Positions 29,100 through 43,409 are shown, counted from the stretch's first letter. The stretch: DNA of 64,000 nt from Eledone cirrhosa (GCA_964016885.1 OZ024746.1:89900001-89964000), one strand, 5' to 3'. The notes: a model not told the origin generated them from the sequence alone. Program-made: numbers and translations.

Positions 29100-30217
29100 A
29101 TACTTTGGGAGGGTGATGTTGCCAATATGAAACACACGCACCAGTTGCTTTCACTTCAATTTATTATGAATTAAATTTAGAAATTTCCGGTTGGTTGGTT
29201 GGTTCCACAACCAGACGATTGTTTGTATATTGTCAAAGTTCTTTCGTCACACATTATGTGACCTCTTCAGTGACTGGGGATTCTTTTTTTGTTTTTGTGC
29301 CTCTCCTTTGTTCTGTCCTACGTCATCTTGTTTTTGTGTGTGTTGTCTGCTTAGTTTGCGCATGTGTTACATCCGGGTGTCTGTGTGTGTTTATATTTGT
29401 TTATTTATTTGTTCATTTTCATGTTACTGGTTGGTTGTTTGTTCTATGTTTGTGTGTGTTTTCATTTTGTCTTTAATTGTAAGTTACGATGTTGCTGTTC
29501 CATTCATGTTTTCTATTTAATTTTGGTTGGAGTTCATTTATGTTTATTGCCCCTGTGATTTGGCGAGAGCTTCAAGATAGTAAAGAATCATCTGTCCTCT
29601 ACCAACATGCTAAAATAGAACATAAGGGTAAATTAAAGAACATAGAAATAAAAATAGAATCTACACACATAAAAGACGCAATGTTTAGACAAATCACAGA
29701 GGCAATAAACATAAATGACTCCAACCAAAATAAATAGAAAGCATGAATGGAATAGCAACATCACAACTTACAATTAAGGACAACATGAAAACACACACAA
29801 ACATAGAACAAACAACCAACCAGTAACATGGAAATAAAAAAATAAATAAACAAATATAAATACACACAGACACCCGGATGTAACACATGCGCAAACTAAG
29901 CACATAACACACACACAAACAAGATGGCGTAGGACAGAACAAAGGAGAGGCACACAAACAAAGAAAATAATCCCCATTTACTGAAGAGGTCACATAATGT
30001 GCCACGAAAGAACTTATGAACAATCGCCTGGTTGTGGAACCAAGCAACGAACCGGAAATTTATGAATTCCTAAATTTATAAATTTAATTTATAATAAATT
30101 GAAGTGAGACTGTTGGTGCGTGAGTTTCCTATTGGTAACATGACCCTCCCAAAGTATAAGAATATTGGTTTCAACACACGTTTTCATATACAGAATCTTC
30201 CTAAACAAATTCAGAAA

Positions 30218-30223
<6 letters not shown>
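29092..30223. mobile_element. Head-to-head inverted pair of 5'-truncated PLE subfamily B 3' ends, in (TA)n
   Basis: Minus arm at 29092-29562 and plus arm at 29561-30223. The plus arm carries the EN C-terminus WRELQDSKESSVLYQH...RQITEAINI, then the UTR, then ATG 30140 reading [28 protein letters not shown]. Confidence 0.92.
29232..29274 (-). ncRNA. Minimal hammerhead-like motif of PLE subfamily B
   Basis: Minus strand: gtca CTGAAGA g gtcac-ataatgt-gtgac GAAA g-aa-c TT tgac. Confidence 0.6.
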
Positions 30224-30280
<57 letters not shown>

Positions 30281-30299
30281 TAGATAGATAGATATATAC

Positions 30300-30348
<49 letters not shown>

Positions 30349-31202
30349 GGAGGTGAGTTTTATTGTAGCCCAATAAAGCAATGCAGATATCGGATAAGTA
30401 GCACTCTACAGTTTGTCGGACTGGAGTATAAATAATATAAGATCGAAACATGGTTAAAAGAGTTCCAAGTATTTTATTATGCGCATTTCAAAAGCAAATA
30501 TCATCCTGGGATGATATCTGCGTTTTCATTATATAAAATAGGGATACATGATATGAAGCTTAAAAAACACTTGTGAATAGTGAAGTTTTAAATCATTATA
30601 TGAAAAATAATTTAAGATTGATGTATGAGTTTGGGAAAAAGTGAGAGGGGGGTGGGGGTGGAAAAGGTAAGGAAGAGGAGGAGATGAGTGTAAAGAATGG
30701 TGGGGGAGGAGTATAAGAAGGAAGAATGAGAGAGGAAGAGAGATGGGTGACAGTGAGAGAGAGATAGCCTTTACAACTGACAAAAAATATATATTGTCTC
30801 ACAGAGAGAAGTTAAAAAGCCGTTGGAACATAATAGATAATTTAAAAGAATTTGAAATAAAAAGTTAATGAGGTTTATGCATGAAGAGAAAAAAAAGGGA
30901 TTAAGATTAATATTAAATTGAGGTTTGTATATTGAAGGGTTAAATAATACGTGCGAGGAAAATACATTATTAATATGTATCATTAAATTAAAAATAATAA
31001 TGTTATTAAGGATATACTGTGAAAAGAAGTAAAAGAATGAATGAGTTGTGAATTTAGAGGAATAGGTTAGTGTTTAAGTTTGTTTTTATGTAATATAATA
31101 TGTGTGCGTAATATATGTACGTAAATAGTTTGTTTAAAAATGAGCGCAGAAAGCAAAGAAGAAAAGAATGTTTAAGGAAGTAAAATATCTAACATCATTA
31201 TT

Positions 31203-32616
31203 TTGAATTCTTTAAATCGGAAAATTCCTCAACTTCGCGGTGGAATTTATCGTGACGATGGACTTGTTACTATCTTAAATTGCAATTTAGTTAACCTTAA
31301 TAATATTAAGAACAATATACGTGGTCTCTTTAAGCAACATAACCTTAAAATCGAATTTGATAACGTCAAACTAGCTAACTTCTTGGATATATCCCTTAAT
31401 CTTGACACTGCCCTATATTACCCTTACCATAAAAACAATGAGAATCTAAATTATGTTAATTTTAAATCTAACCACCCAACTAACATTAAAAATGCTATAG
31501 TCAGTAATATTGGAAAAATAATATCCTCTAATAAAAATATATTTGGTGCTAACGCCAATTAATATGATAATGCGCTTTCTAAAGCCGGATATCCTGATAA
31601 AATTAAATACAGTAACAAAACCAATCCTAGAATGTCTTACAGTAAAATAATTAATTATGATCATTCCAATAACTTAAATATAAGGCCTAGATACAAAAAT
31701 ATAATCTGGTATAATGCTACTTTCTCTATTTCTATTAATAATAATTGTTTCTACGTTAGGCACAAGGCCAGCAATTACCCAATGTCTAAACTATTCTTTA
31801 GGGCCTTAGATAAATGCTTACCTCCCTCACATATCTATCGTAGAATCTTTAACAAACATACAATAACATTTTCCTATTCCACCTCCTCCAACATCTCTAA
31901 CATTATCTCTAAACACAAAAATAAAATATTAACTATTAAATCACATCCTTCCAACACTGAGCGTCATAATAATAACTGTAGTACTCCCGACGTCATTGTT
32001 AACTCTAGGCAGAGATTCTGCAAACTCAAATACGACGTCAAATGTAATTTCGTTGTATGTTCATAATACCAATCTAAATCAGGAAAATATTATTCCTATC
32101 GTAGATATCGTCTCCAATCCAATTCCTCCTATAAATAACACTAGATCACTTGTTAATAACTCTGTTAATCTCTCTAATCGCAATTGTAATTGCCCTGTTA
32201 GAACTAAATGTCCTCTCAGTAACCATTGTCTTGATTAAAACTTAGTCTATGAATGTAAGGTTATAACTGATACCAATTCCTTTACCTATTTCGGTTCCAC
32301 TTCCACCTCCTTCAAGGCTAGATTTTATAACCACAATTAGTCTTTTAGATACCAACTTAAAATAACTAACACGGCACTCTCAGAACTCATATGGTCCTTG
32401 AAAGACAAACAATATTAGCTATAACATCTCTTGGAGAAAAGTTTGTTCTGCCTCTCCCTACTTGAATGCCTCCCTATCCAGAACATGTAATCTTTGCCTA
32501 TTACTGAGAAAATTACCATTATATCTAATCTCAATTCTATAATAAATAGACGCACTGATTTATTTTCTCTCTGCTTGCATAAATTCCACAGAACATTCCA
32601 CAAAGTATACACCTAA
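31203..32616 (+). pseudogene. Hydra-type PLE RT-GIY-YIG pseudogene (5'-truncated, with stops and frameshifts)
   Basis: GGIYRDDGL, NFLDI, SNHP, IIWYN, IFNKHTITFSYS, CNC...CPL..HC, LVYECKV, YFGST...FKARFYNH, IWSLK, CNLC...EK...NRR..L...CLH. The CxC linker before a C-terminal EN fits the Hydra clade. Confidence 0.82.
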
Positions 32617-33773
32617 TATCTAATACCTTACTAGTTTAACATCTTTTTTCTCAAAGGATTATATATCTTTTAAAAATATACCCATTGTTCTACCTTATTT
32701 CAATATTATTTATTATATATTATATAATACAAGTTACTCATTCTATATCATTCCTCTTTATCAGTTTCCTTTCTTCCTCTTTTCATTCTAATTTATAACC
32801 TCTAATCAGAAATTGTTCTTCCTAACTACTTCCCAATTCTTATTATTACTCACCACAACATTATCCAATCTTCCATCGTTCTTCATTCATTGGCCATAAC
32901 AATTTTTTTTTTTTTTAAAAATACATTATAGTATGATCTTTAATAGTCCTTCGTAAACATAAACATTTTTTTTTTTATGTTAGATTTTTCTTCCTTAAAT
33001 TCCTTATTTCTTCCTTTCATGCTCGTTTGACTTTTACATATTACAATACATAAAAACAAACTTAAACCCTAACTAATTCAGTTAATATATTATATTATTA
33101 CCATTAGAAAATATTTCGTAAACATGTATATTTTTTTATATTAGATATTTTTGTTCCTCAAACATTCTTTTCTTCTTTGCTTTCTGCGCTCATTTTTAAA
33201 CAAACTATTTACGTACATATATTAAGCAAACATATTACATTGCATAAAAACAAACTTAAACACTAACTAATTCCTCTAAATTCACAACTCATTCATTCTT
33301 TTACTTCTTTTCACATTATATCTTTAATAACATTAATATTTTTATTTTAATAATGCATATTAATAATTTATTTTCCTCGCACGTATTATTAAACCCTTCA
33401 CTATACAAACCTTAATTTAATATTATTCTTAATCCCTTTTTTTTCTCTTCATGCATAAACCTCATTAACTTTTAATTTCAAATTCTTTTAAATTATCTAT
33501 TATCTTCCAACGGCTTTTCAACTTCTCTCGGTGAGACAATATATATATTGTTCTCAGTTGTAAAGGCTATCTCTCTCTCTCTATCACCCATCTTTCCTCC
33601 TCTCTCATCCTTCCTTCTTATACTCCTCCCCCACCATTCTTTACTCTCATCCCCTCCTCTCCCCCCCGTCACTTTTTCCCAATATCACACATCAATCTTA
33701 AATTATTTTTCATTGTTGATTTAAAACTTCACTATTTACAAGTGTTTTTTAAGCTTCATATCATGTATCCCTA

Positions 33774-33840
33774 TTTTATCTGATGAAAACGCAGATATCA
33801 TCCCATGATGATATTTGTTTTTGAAATGCGCTTAATAAAA
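33774..33840 (+). ncRNA. Minimal hammerhead ribozyme motif in Hydra pLTR (one stem III mismatch)
   Basis: ttttat CTGATGA-stem II-GAAA tgcgct TA ataaaa. The inverted copy at ~30471-30540 has a mutated core (ataatga). Confidence 0.72.
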
Positions 33841-35989
33841 TACTTGCAACTCTATTAACCATCCTTTGATCTTATATTATTTATACTCCAGTCCTACAAA
33901 CTGTAGAGCGCTACTTATCCGATATTTGCATTGCTTTATTGTGCTACAATAAAATTCACCTTCTACATTATATATATATATATATATAGAACATATGTCA
34001 CCTCACTCCTTTTTCTCTATCTGGCTTTGTATATATATACATATATAGGGAGAGAAAGAGAGGGGGATAGAGAAGGGGAGGAGAGAAAAGGAGATAGAGG
34101 GATAGCAAGAGAGAAAGAGAGCAAGTGGGAGAGATAAATATTATCCACTGTTACATCTTTTATACACATAAGCATAATTATGTTTTTATTTATGGTCCAT
34201 CTCAACGTTCCGTTTTTCTTAATCTTATCGCCTTGTTTACTTTTTAGTTAGAGCTGCCTGATATCCAAATCATTATAGTACTGATAAGCGTTGCGGATAG
34301 ATTCACTAGTTAATTCATGTGTACATATAATTCCTTTGATTATTTTTAAATTTATGTAGATTTTACTGAAAGGTATATAGCAACATCAAAGCAATCTATT
34401 TTTTGCCTTAACGCATTATTTTAAATCAAAACTCATTCATTCGTAATACAATTTCCGAAATATTTTTAGCGGTCTGGTGAAGCAGACTTATACAGAAAAT
34501 TTGTTGCACCCTCCTTCTCTTTCTGTACAATTCTCTTACTAACTCTACTTCTCTTCCCCACTGTGTGTATATTGCAATTCCTATTCAGATATAACTCATG
34601 TGTTTATTTATTTATGTACTATCCTCTTATCTCAATATATGAAGAGTATGTTTACTTCCTCTCGCGTGCGTGGCTTACTGTGTAGTTTTATGGTTTCATT
34701 AATTTAAACCGGATAATCCATGGTCGACAAATATCAGTAATGCACACGTATATAAATCTCAAAACAAATCTGATACGTTTACATTTAAATTCCCTGCAAT
34801 ACTTGGATTCATTTATCTTTGGGCTGTTAATTATATGTCATAAACCTAATTTACAAACCCCATTTTAAATATTGACCCTTGTATGACAGTCATCTCTAGA
34901 CCATAAAATCTATAGCTTTCAAAGACTAGTGGAACTCTTTTTTTCTATAACCTAATATTATATTTCTGTTGAGCAATGTTAAGGATAATCAATATTACTA
35001 ACACCAGGGCTTAGGTGATGCAATTAAAACATACATAATTGATTAAAGCATTTCAAATTCTTTCTTCCCATAATATTATTCTCAATAACTATATTTGTGT
35101 TGAGATACACTTTCTGAAATATTTGTCGTGAATTTTTAACATTGATCATGTATGTTCTTCTTACTTACTGATTTAAGGAAGCAAGTGATTTGTTGATCTG
35201 AAACTCCGTTGTCGACATCATGTTGGCAAAATCCAACCAGTATAAGGTGGTGTAACTTCTGAAGACGTTTTTGCTAGTATATGAGAAATCAGTAATTGTG
35301 GATAGTTATAAATGTCATATTAAATACTACCATTACCGTTTGTCATGTTTATATTCATTTTCTCACAATGTGTCGAATATATACCATTTACATCCTCTGT
35401 AAGTGATTTCTTGACGTGCCAATATATAATGATGTAAGACGCAATATGAAATCTAGTGGAAACCTGAAACACATTTTATTGAATTATTGTATTCCATAGT
35501 GATTTTGGAATAGAAATGCCCACACACTTGATTTCCGTGAAATATATTTTCTATCAATAATATCTATGTATGGAAGAATGTTACTGAAAGATGTCGTATA
35601 ATGTAAATTTTGATATCTCATATTTACATTCTATGCAATCCAATTGAGCTACACGTGTGATAGAGAGAAGGGATGTATGTGCGAATTCATATCGCGTGGT
35701 GATACAAGTCAGCATTTAAAGATAACTAAATACGTAGAAAATGGTAGGTTTTTTTCACTCACAAACAGCCGAATAAGGAAAGAAATAGGTAGAAATTAAG
35801 AGGCAAATGTGAATCTTCATCGAAATTGATTTTTGTTTGTTTCTCTATGCAACCATGTTTGTTATCAACATTGGTATTCATATTTGTTTTTAATTTGTAA
35901 TCTATATGTATAAAAGCAGGATTATATATATATGGAACGATCGACTTTCGTCAACTTGGACCGAGGAAACAATGTTTCCATTGGTATTT

Positions 35990-36145
35990 CCAAATGCTAA
36001 TACTATCTGTCGCAACTCTGGGCAGAAGGAACAACGAGAAATAAAGTGTCTTGCTGAAGGACATAATGCATCACCCGGTCCGGGAATCGAACTCACAACC
36101 TCATTATTGCGAATCCAATTATCTAACCACTCAACCACACACCTT
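35990..36145 (-). mobile_element. tRNA-derived CORE-like SINE
   Basis: Minus strand: tggttgagtggtt, gagttcgattccc, then tgtccttcagcaagacactttatttc. Confidence 0.72.
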
Positions 36146-36146
36146 T

Positions 36147-36180
<34 letters not shown>

Positions 36181-36208
36181 TACATACATACATACATACA
36201 TACATACA

Positions 36209-36320
<112 letters not shown>

Positions 36321-36475
36321 CAGATGAACCTCAAATTTCTGAAATTACCAGCAGCTGACGTAATCGCCTACGTCTTACATAATGTTTGGATGACGAAGGT
36401 GGGATATGGAATTATGTATAGTGTTTTAGAGGAATTAAAATTCTAAAGTAAATTTATATTCTGGCAAAGTCTCAC

Positions 36476-36672
36476 AGTTCAAAATATTTAATCACTGACA
36501 ATTGTTTCCTCTCATAGAAATATATAGCACCAACAGCAAGTTAATTTATTTAACCATTTGCTATTAGTTATTTACGTTAGCTAATAGCAATTTTTTTAAA
36601 TAACACAATTTTCTGTCGCTGCTATATATTCCTATGGGGGAAACAATTGTCAGTGATTAAATGTCTTGAACT
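36476..36672. repeat. ~197-bp imperfect fold-back (MITE-like)
   Basis: agttcaa..tttaatcactgacaattgtttcc pairs with ggaaacaattgtcagtgattaaa..ttgaact, and pairing continues to the centre (ttgctattag/ctaatagcaa). Confidence 0.8.
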
Positions 36673-36968
36673 TTTATTTTTTTTCTTTAAGCACATTACA
36701 ATTATATATTGGCTCTGCTTGATGCTATCATAGCATTGGTACACACCTAGTAAAGAATAAAATTTACTCTCATAAATACAAATATTTTTAATATGCATAT
36801 ATATATATATATAGTTCGGGAACTACTGTAGGTACCCGTTTACGTGTATTGTATTGAAGCGAATAACTATGTGTATAGCCTGGGATTTTGTTTAACATTA
36901 CATATTGAGTACGCTGAGATGCACCCGGTCCTAGCAGTTATAACTATGCTTGGTCCGTCAACATATAA

Positions 36969-37016
<48 letters not shown>

Positions 37017-38931
37017 GTTTGTATATGTATATTTATATGTATATATATATATATATGCATACGTCTCCATTTTAAAGCAGTGAAATTGAGTACATGAGAG
37101 GAACTTTTAGACTCACCCATTGCTACATGTAATGTTATACCTCCAAACACACACAAACACAGAGCGAGAGTGAGTGTGAGAGAGAGACTAAGAGCGAGAG
37201 AAAGAGGGAGAGAGATAGCGAGAGGGGTGAGTGATTATTACAAGCACTTCCCAGTGATTTTAGTAGACTTACATATTTAATGTATATTTCTCATACCCAT
37301 GTGTATGCACCTTTGAAAATGATCTTAGTCACTGTAATTATACTATGTTTTAACATTATACCAGATATCTGTTGCTAATAATTCTAACCAAACAGAATGC
37401 ACATTTACACCTCCTTGGAGTGGGTAATTCCAGATAAAATAGTGAAATGGACGGTTGTAATTTGCATAAAAATTGATGCGTATGCGAAATGATTATTCTT
37501 AAACAGCTGGGTAAATAGAGATATAATGTTAATCAGAGGGTTCATATTCTTAACCTCACCTTTGAAGCGGAGGCTTTCTTCAAACAACATTGCTTTCTTT
37601 CTGGTAGAAATAAAAATAATAAAAAAAAAATTAAAATAGCGAAACAGGTTTGCATAAGGTGATTCTTTATTGACAGCTTATTAGAAACCGCTTAATGTCA
37701 TTATCTTATTCCATTTTACTGACAGCAAAGGAACGAATGTAATATATTAGTTTCTAAACAAAAATATGCAAACTCTATCACAACTTAATTTATCACTGCT
37801 AGTTTGAAGAATATTGGAAGCATTCAAACGTGTTTAATAATTGTAACACTAAATAGTGCTTTTTCTTTGAGAAATTGAATTGTAAGTTAGATATACAGAT
37901 GCACGCTGTTAGTAAATACATACTTACCTTTCCGGGTGTGAATAATAGTTGGTTAAATTACCCGTTTGTTGATATGTGAAAACTAAGTTGCTATTGACTC
38001 CAATTAATATTTGTACGCATTCACATACGTTGGTAGCTAATTTTCGAACCACAGTGAATATAAGCATATAGCTACTTCTATTACTCGGAAAATTAGATAA
38101 AATGTTGTCTTATTTAGAAAAAAAGACTAAGAGCGTTAACAACATGTATTAATTTGCATGAGCAGCGTATTTCAGTGAAATCAAATGTAAGCTGATTGTG
38201 TCTGTATACGTCTCGGAAAATTAAAACGACCTTTCAGACTCGGCCAGGCATTATATTCTATACCAAATGATTCTTTCCGTATGATCCTGCTTTATACTAA
38301 GTTATTCATTTTTCTGATTAGATATATATAATAGTAGAGTAATGCCATAACCAGCTATACTTCCTCCGTCTAAAAGTATGCGCAATCCTCTTCCAACTAA
38401 CCGTTACTTATCGGAACTATATATATATCTAAAAAAAAGTCTAAAGTCTGTCTTGAGCCAGAAGGCTCATTTGGCCGGTGCTTATCCGGGTTTCATGGCG
38501 TGAAGCGATTGAGAGTACAAGACTACAAGACTCCCCAGCGAGAAACTGACACATACTAAATACCAGAAACATATTTGTGTATAAGGGACGATCGATATAC
38601 CAAGGTTTTTGCTAGCCACGTTCACCTATATGGAAGGTGAGAAGGTCACCAGCAAAATAACTTTAGTTACTTAAATGGACTTAATTTATAACCCCTGTTC
38701 AACGCTATATAAATGAATTCGTTTCATTAACATTTCGTTAGGAGATATGAATTAAGTAATTAAGGTTTCTAACGTTCCACTGATACCCATATCTGGCAAA
38801 CTTGATCAGTTCTGAATTTTAGTTTACAAGATGTCGTTATATTGGACTTTGCTTGTTCTGTTTGCTCTGGGTTTTTTTAATTCCCACCGCAAAAACTCCG
38901 TGACAAACAAATTAAAGCGCGCACAACACAT

Positions 38932-38999
<68 letters not shown>

Positions 39000-39134
39000 A
39001 CACACACGCGCACGCGCACACACACACGCGCGCACACACATACACACACACACGCGCACACACACACGCGCACACACACATACACACACACACACACACA
39101 TACACACACACATACAAACACATACACACACACA

Positions 39135-39168
<34 letters not shown>
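38932..39168. repeat. (CA)n compound microsatellite
   Basis: Direct reading. Confidence 0.97.
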
Positions 39169-39298
39169 GCACGCAAAAAAACTACAAAAACAAATATATA
39201 TATGTATGCACATGTGTCACCAAAATATTTCTCTTCATCGCACTTACAATAAAACACATACCCATATATGTTTATACACACTCACATATACACACTCA

Positions 39299-40067
39299 TC
39301 TATATATATAAAACTGTGGTTGTCTGTCTGTCTATGGATTTTTGGCACACATCTCCTCTTAGAATCTCTCACGGAATTGCACCGAAATTGCTATACTTGT
39401 ACATTGAGCCCTAGCGAAGACATCGGAAAAAAAATATTTCAAATCGACCCACCCTATGTGACGAAATCGAATATAATGTATCGATTTTTGAGCGTAAGTG
39501 ATCAGTTATTTCCCTTTGTTCTGTTTACATTGAGCGTCTTACGTAAAAAATTACGCTGGCTTTCTCAGCGTTTAAAATGACATTAACACAATTTCATCAG
39601 TTCGAACACTAAGCTTCCGTTTTGCTTCATTTCCATTTAAAAGCATTTTAAAACAATATTTTTACTTGAAAACAAGTCTATTTAAAGACTACGTAAAACA
39701 AGCAAATATTTCAGGCGTGCAGACAGTCGTGCAGAGAGGTAATATAGGCGTGCAGACAGACATAACTGATAATTTGGTTACGCTAATGTTTTTCTCTGCG
39801 TTGCAGTGTTTACATTGTCGATCTTTGTTAATAAATAACCAGTGCAGTTTTTATCCCCAGCATCCTCTTTTGTTATAACATTCGGGTTATCGTTATGTTT
39901 TCTTAACTTCATAAGGCATATTGTTGGTTGAGGGAATATTAATCAAAAACACCACATGCAAGTCTGCACAGTAGACATTACAGTTTTTAAGCCAAAAAAG
40001 AAACTTAACATTGTAACTTTAACACAGCTACTGAGCGACCCCGAGCAACGCCGGGCTTTACTGCTAG
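39299..40067 (+). mobile_element. Non-autonomous Helitron
   Basis: 5' A|TCtatatatataaaa, gtctgtctgtc repeat, subterminal hairpin cccgagc-aac-gccggg, 3' CTAG|T. Confidence 0.78.
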
Positions 40068-40249
40068 TACTCTCTAAAACCATATTCCTAAAATAGAATT
40101 TGTTTCGGCAATCCCGTTTGACTCTCTTCCCTACAGCAATTGTCTCTAGCTCGCATTTCCTGCTTCACCGGCTCAATCTGAACTTTTGGCCAATCCTTTA
40201 ATACAATTGAGACTATTCCTAAAAATAAATTTGTTCTGTGAAAACACAA

Positions 40250-40308
40250 CTACCAACACTACTACCACTACTGCAACTACCAACATTACTACAGCTACTA
40301 CAACAACA

Positions 40309-40353
<45 letters not shown>

Positions 40354-40380
40354 GCTACTGCTACTACTACCACCACCACC

Positions 40381-40474
<94 letters not shown>
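40250..40474. repeat. (ACT/ACC)n trinucleotide microsatellite
   Basis: Direct reading. It explains the poly-T/V/L/S ORFs. Confidence 0.97.
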
Positions 40475-40475
<1 letters not shown>

Positions 40476-41109
40476 CTCTGTATACATATATACGGTTCCG
40501 TTTAAGACAGTCTTCACAACAAGAAAGATGAACAAACCATTCCAACATTTAATTTTAAATTTTGAATTATTTTTAATAGCAATATTCAACATTTGATAAG
40601 ATGGATTACACTGATACATAGAATCCGGTTATAATTTATATATTTTATATACACTAAAAAAACTCCTTAAAAAATACAAATAATGAACTGATTAGATGGA
40701 AATATAATATTTCAGAGCATATTTATTTCCTTACACATGGGAGTTGTACATCCAATTATATGAAATGTTATGAAACAATTCGCATAATGAATATTGATAT
40801 AAATGCATTCATATACATACACAATTCGACGCTCTCTCTCTTCAGAGAAACAATAAAATATCTTCGAATGAAAGAAAGTATGTCTGAAATACAATTTGTA
40901 AACTCGGCCATAGGGATGAAGCTATGGCAGGAGACATTTCAACAGTGTAAATAATACACATTCATTTTCTTCCAGTCTATATAATATTTAGCTAATTCTG
41001 AAATGGTGTGGCATTATATACTCTATAAACTATAATAAAGTAAGGAGCGCAGTACTGCGAACGGTTTATAAATTGTTATCCCATTAGGAAAATAAGTTTC
41101 CTTTGAATC

Positions 41110-41300
41110 AATAATTGCTTTTACTTCAGGAACAAGGTCAGCAATAACCCAGTGCATTACTAGTACTTTATGTTATCGACCCCCTAAGGATGAAAGGTAA
41201 AGTTAACTTCGACAGGATTTGAACTCAGACCGTAAAGGGACATAACTATGCTGGAAAGCATGGCATCCGACCCTCTAACGATATTGCCAATTCACCCACC
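41110..41300 (-). mobile_element. SINE, same family as 16685
   Basis: Colinear similarity. Confidence 0.85.
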
Positions 41301-41750
41301 CACCTTTGAATAAATAATGAATGAATATTACATAATTTATCTACTAAACTTCGTGGCTGTTCAATATATTTTGTTTATCTAAAGATTCACTTCTTTAACA
41401 TTGCTGAAATGTTAACACTTCCGGTTGACCATCGCTTAAATAAACATACTAATTTTCTGTCACTAATTTTCTCCTAATGCAGATTATATATAATATCGTC
41501 TTTATTGATGTGTCATGGATTACGTTACTGATTAAATAAGACAGTGTAATGCAGTCTTCGTTCAATTTCTATGTATTGTCAATTACGATTTTAATTGATG
41601 CATCATATCTACATGTATATATAGCTGCGTACAATATCAATATACACACTATACATGCTAGCAGAAAAACACCCGAGGGTGGTTTTTCTGCTGGTCATAC
41701 ATAATGCCCTACTTCTCTTTGAGCTTTGTATATACAGTGAGGCATTTGCT

Positions 41751-41801
<51 letters not shown>

Positions 41802-42053
41802 TTGAAAGGATATCAAGTAGGATTGGTTACACCTTCATTACATTTATTGGTAGGCGACGCGCGTTTCGCCACTGATCAGCTGAAGGTTCGATCTGTATCG
41901 ATCTTACCCGACTCAATAATCGCCAGCTCGACGGATGCTTTAAAATCGTCCTTGCACTCTGTATAGCTCTACACCTCAACACAGAAGTGAACCTAAACAT
42001 CGAGTGCTCACCCGGTGAACCTGCAGTAACTCCAAGTTACATTCAAAGTTACA

Positions 42054-42135
<82 letters not shown>

Positions 42136-43409
42136 TTATATAGCAAAGGCAACACTGTATATATATGCGTCTGTGCAGATATATATATATATATATATGC
42201 ACAGACGCATATACATACACGAATATACATGTATGTATTTATCTATCCACCAATCTGTTACATTATACTTCTATCAATCTGTTTATCTTTTGGGTTATAT
42301 GTGTATCCATTTCTCTACTTATATTTACGTTTTCCTAGCTCATCCTATATATATCTATATAGCTTTTTACGTAACTATCTACGCATCGGATTCTGTATAT
42401 ATGTGTGTGTAATTCTGTGGCTCTAATGACATGCGTGTCTGTGGTATTTTATAAATTGTCCTTTCAATCAAGAATTAATTCCCACTGATTACAATGCGTA
42501 AACTCATCTTGCATGTAAAGTGTTTGGAAATCAGATAAATTTCAAATAGCATTTAACCTCCATTTATTTAATAAAATAGCATTCATAATTCAGAGAGGAG
42601 TGTTCTGCTGTATTACTAATTGAGTGTGCTCATGAATACAAAGTAGTAACTACCGAAAATAGGAAAAGCTTATTATCTCATGTAAAAGAATATATATAAT
42701 CCTATATTCACACATCTTTCGATTAATAAAGAGATAAATAATGTGTTAAAATCTCTGTACAAACAGCATAAATCAAATCAAATTCTGGTTTTAATTCATT
42801 ACAAAGCTTTGCCAGAATTTCCAGTTCATTCATAACGTTGTTTCCTAGATTGTTAGATTCTATATTACAGGTTATTAATAACAAATTTCGATTTCTGATT
42901 TGACGTCTCCTCTTCATAACAAAATATTTGAATGATTATAAGTTCCTTTGATTTACTACAGGTATTGAGAAACGAAAGGGTTATCAATCGATGTTTATCA
43001 GTTCTCACAACGCAATCAATTATATGCTATGAATTCCTTTTTTCTCGTTTCTTCATGATTAGTTTTTCCTGTTCAGAGCATTTTATCAAAAGGCGAAGTA
43101 GCATAATCAATCTGTGAATTTGATTCACTATAACATGTCTGCTCATATTATCAGCCTTGTGTTCTGATTTCATTTGCATCCTTATTAATTTCAGTTCATT
43201 GAATATCTCCTGCTTTTATTTAGCATTAATTGTTGTATCTGGAAAATCTTTCTGAAAATTAAGCTGCTCCTATGGAAATCTATGTAATCAATATTTTATT
43301 TTCTTGGGGTGCATTAAATAATTAATTCTCTTTGATCTCGTCTGTCGGAGAATAGGGAAACAATAAATAAAATACTAAAAACATCTTTCTGAACCTTCTT
43401 TTTACATAT

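Larger units (their letters stand above)
30345..33968 (+). mobile_element. Decayed Hydra-type PLE with inverted pseudo-LTR
   Basis: 30345-31195 is an inverted copy of ~33138-33968. (TA)n lies on both sides and a truncated RT-EN ORF lies between the arms. Confidence 0.88.

Noticed and set aside
42723-43300. Coding-looking AT-rich stretch on the minus strand
   Set aside because: The frames are fragmented and no motif could be identified.
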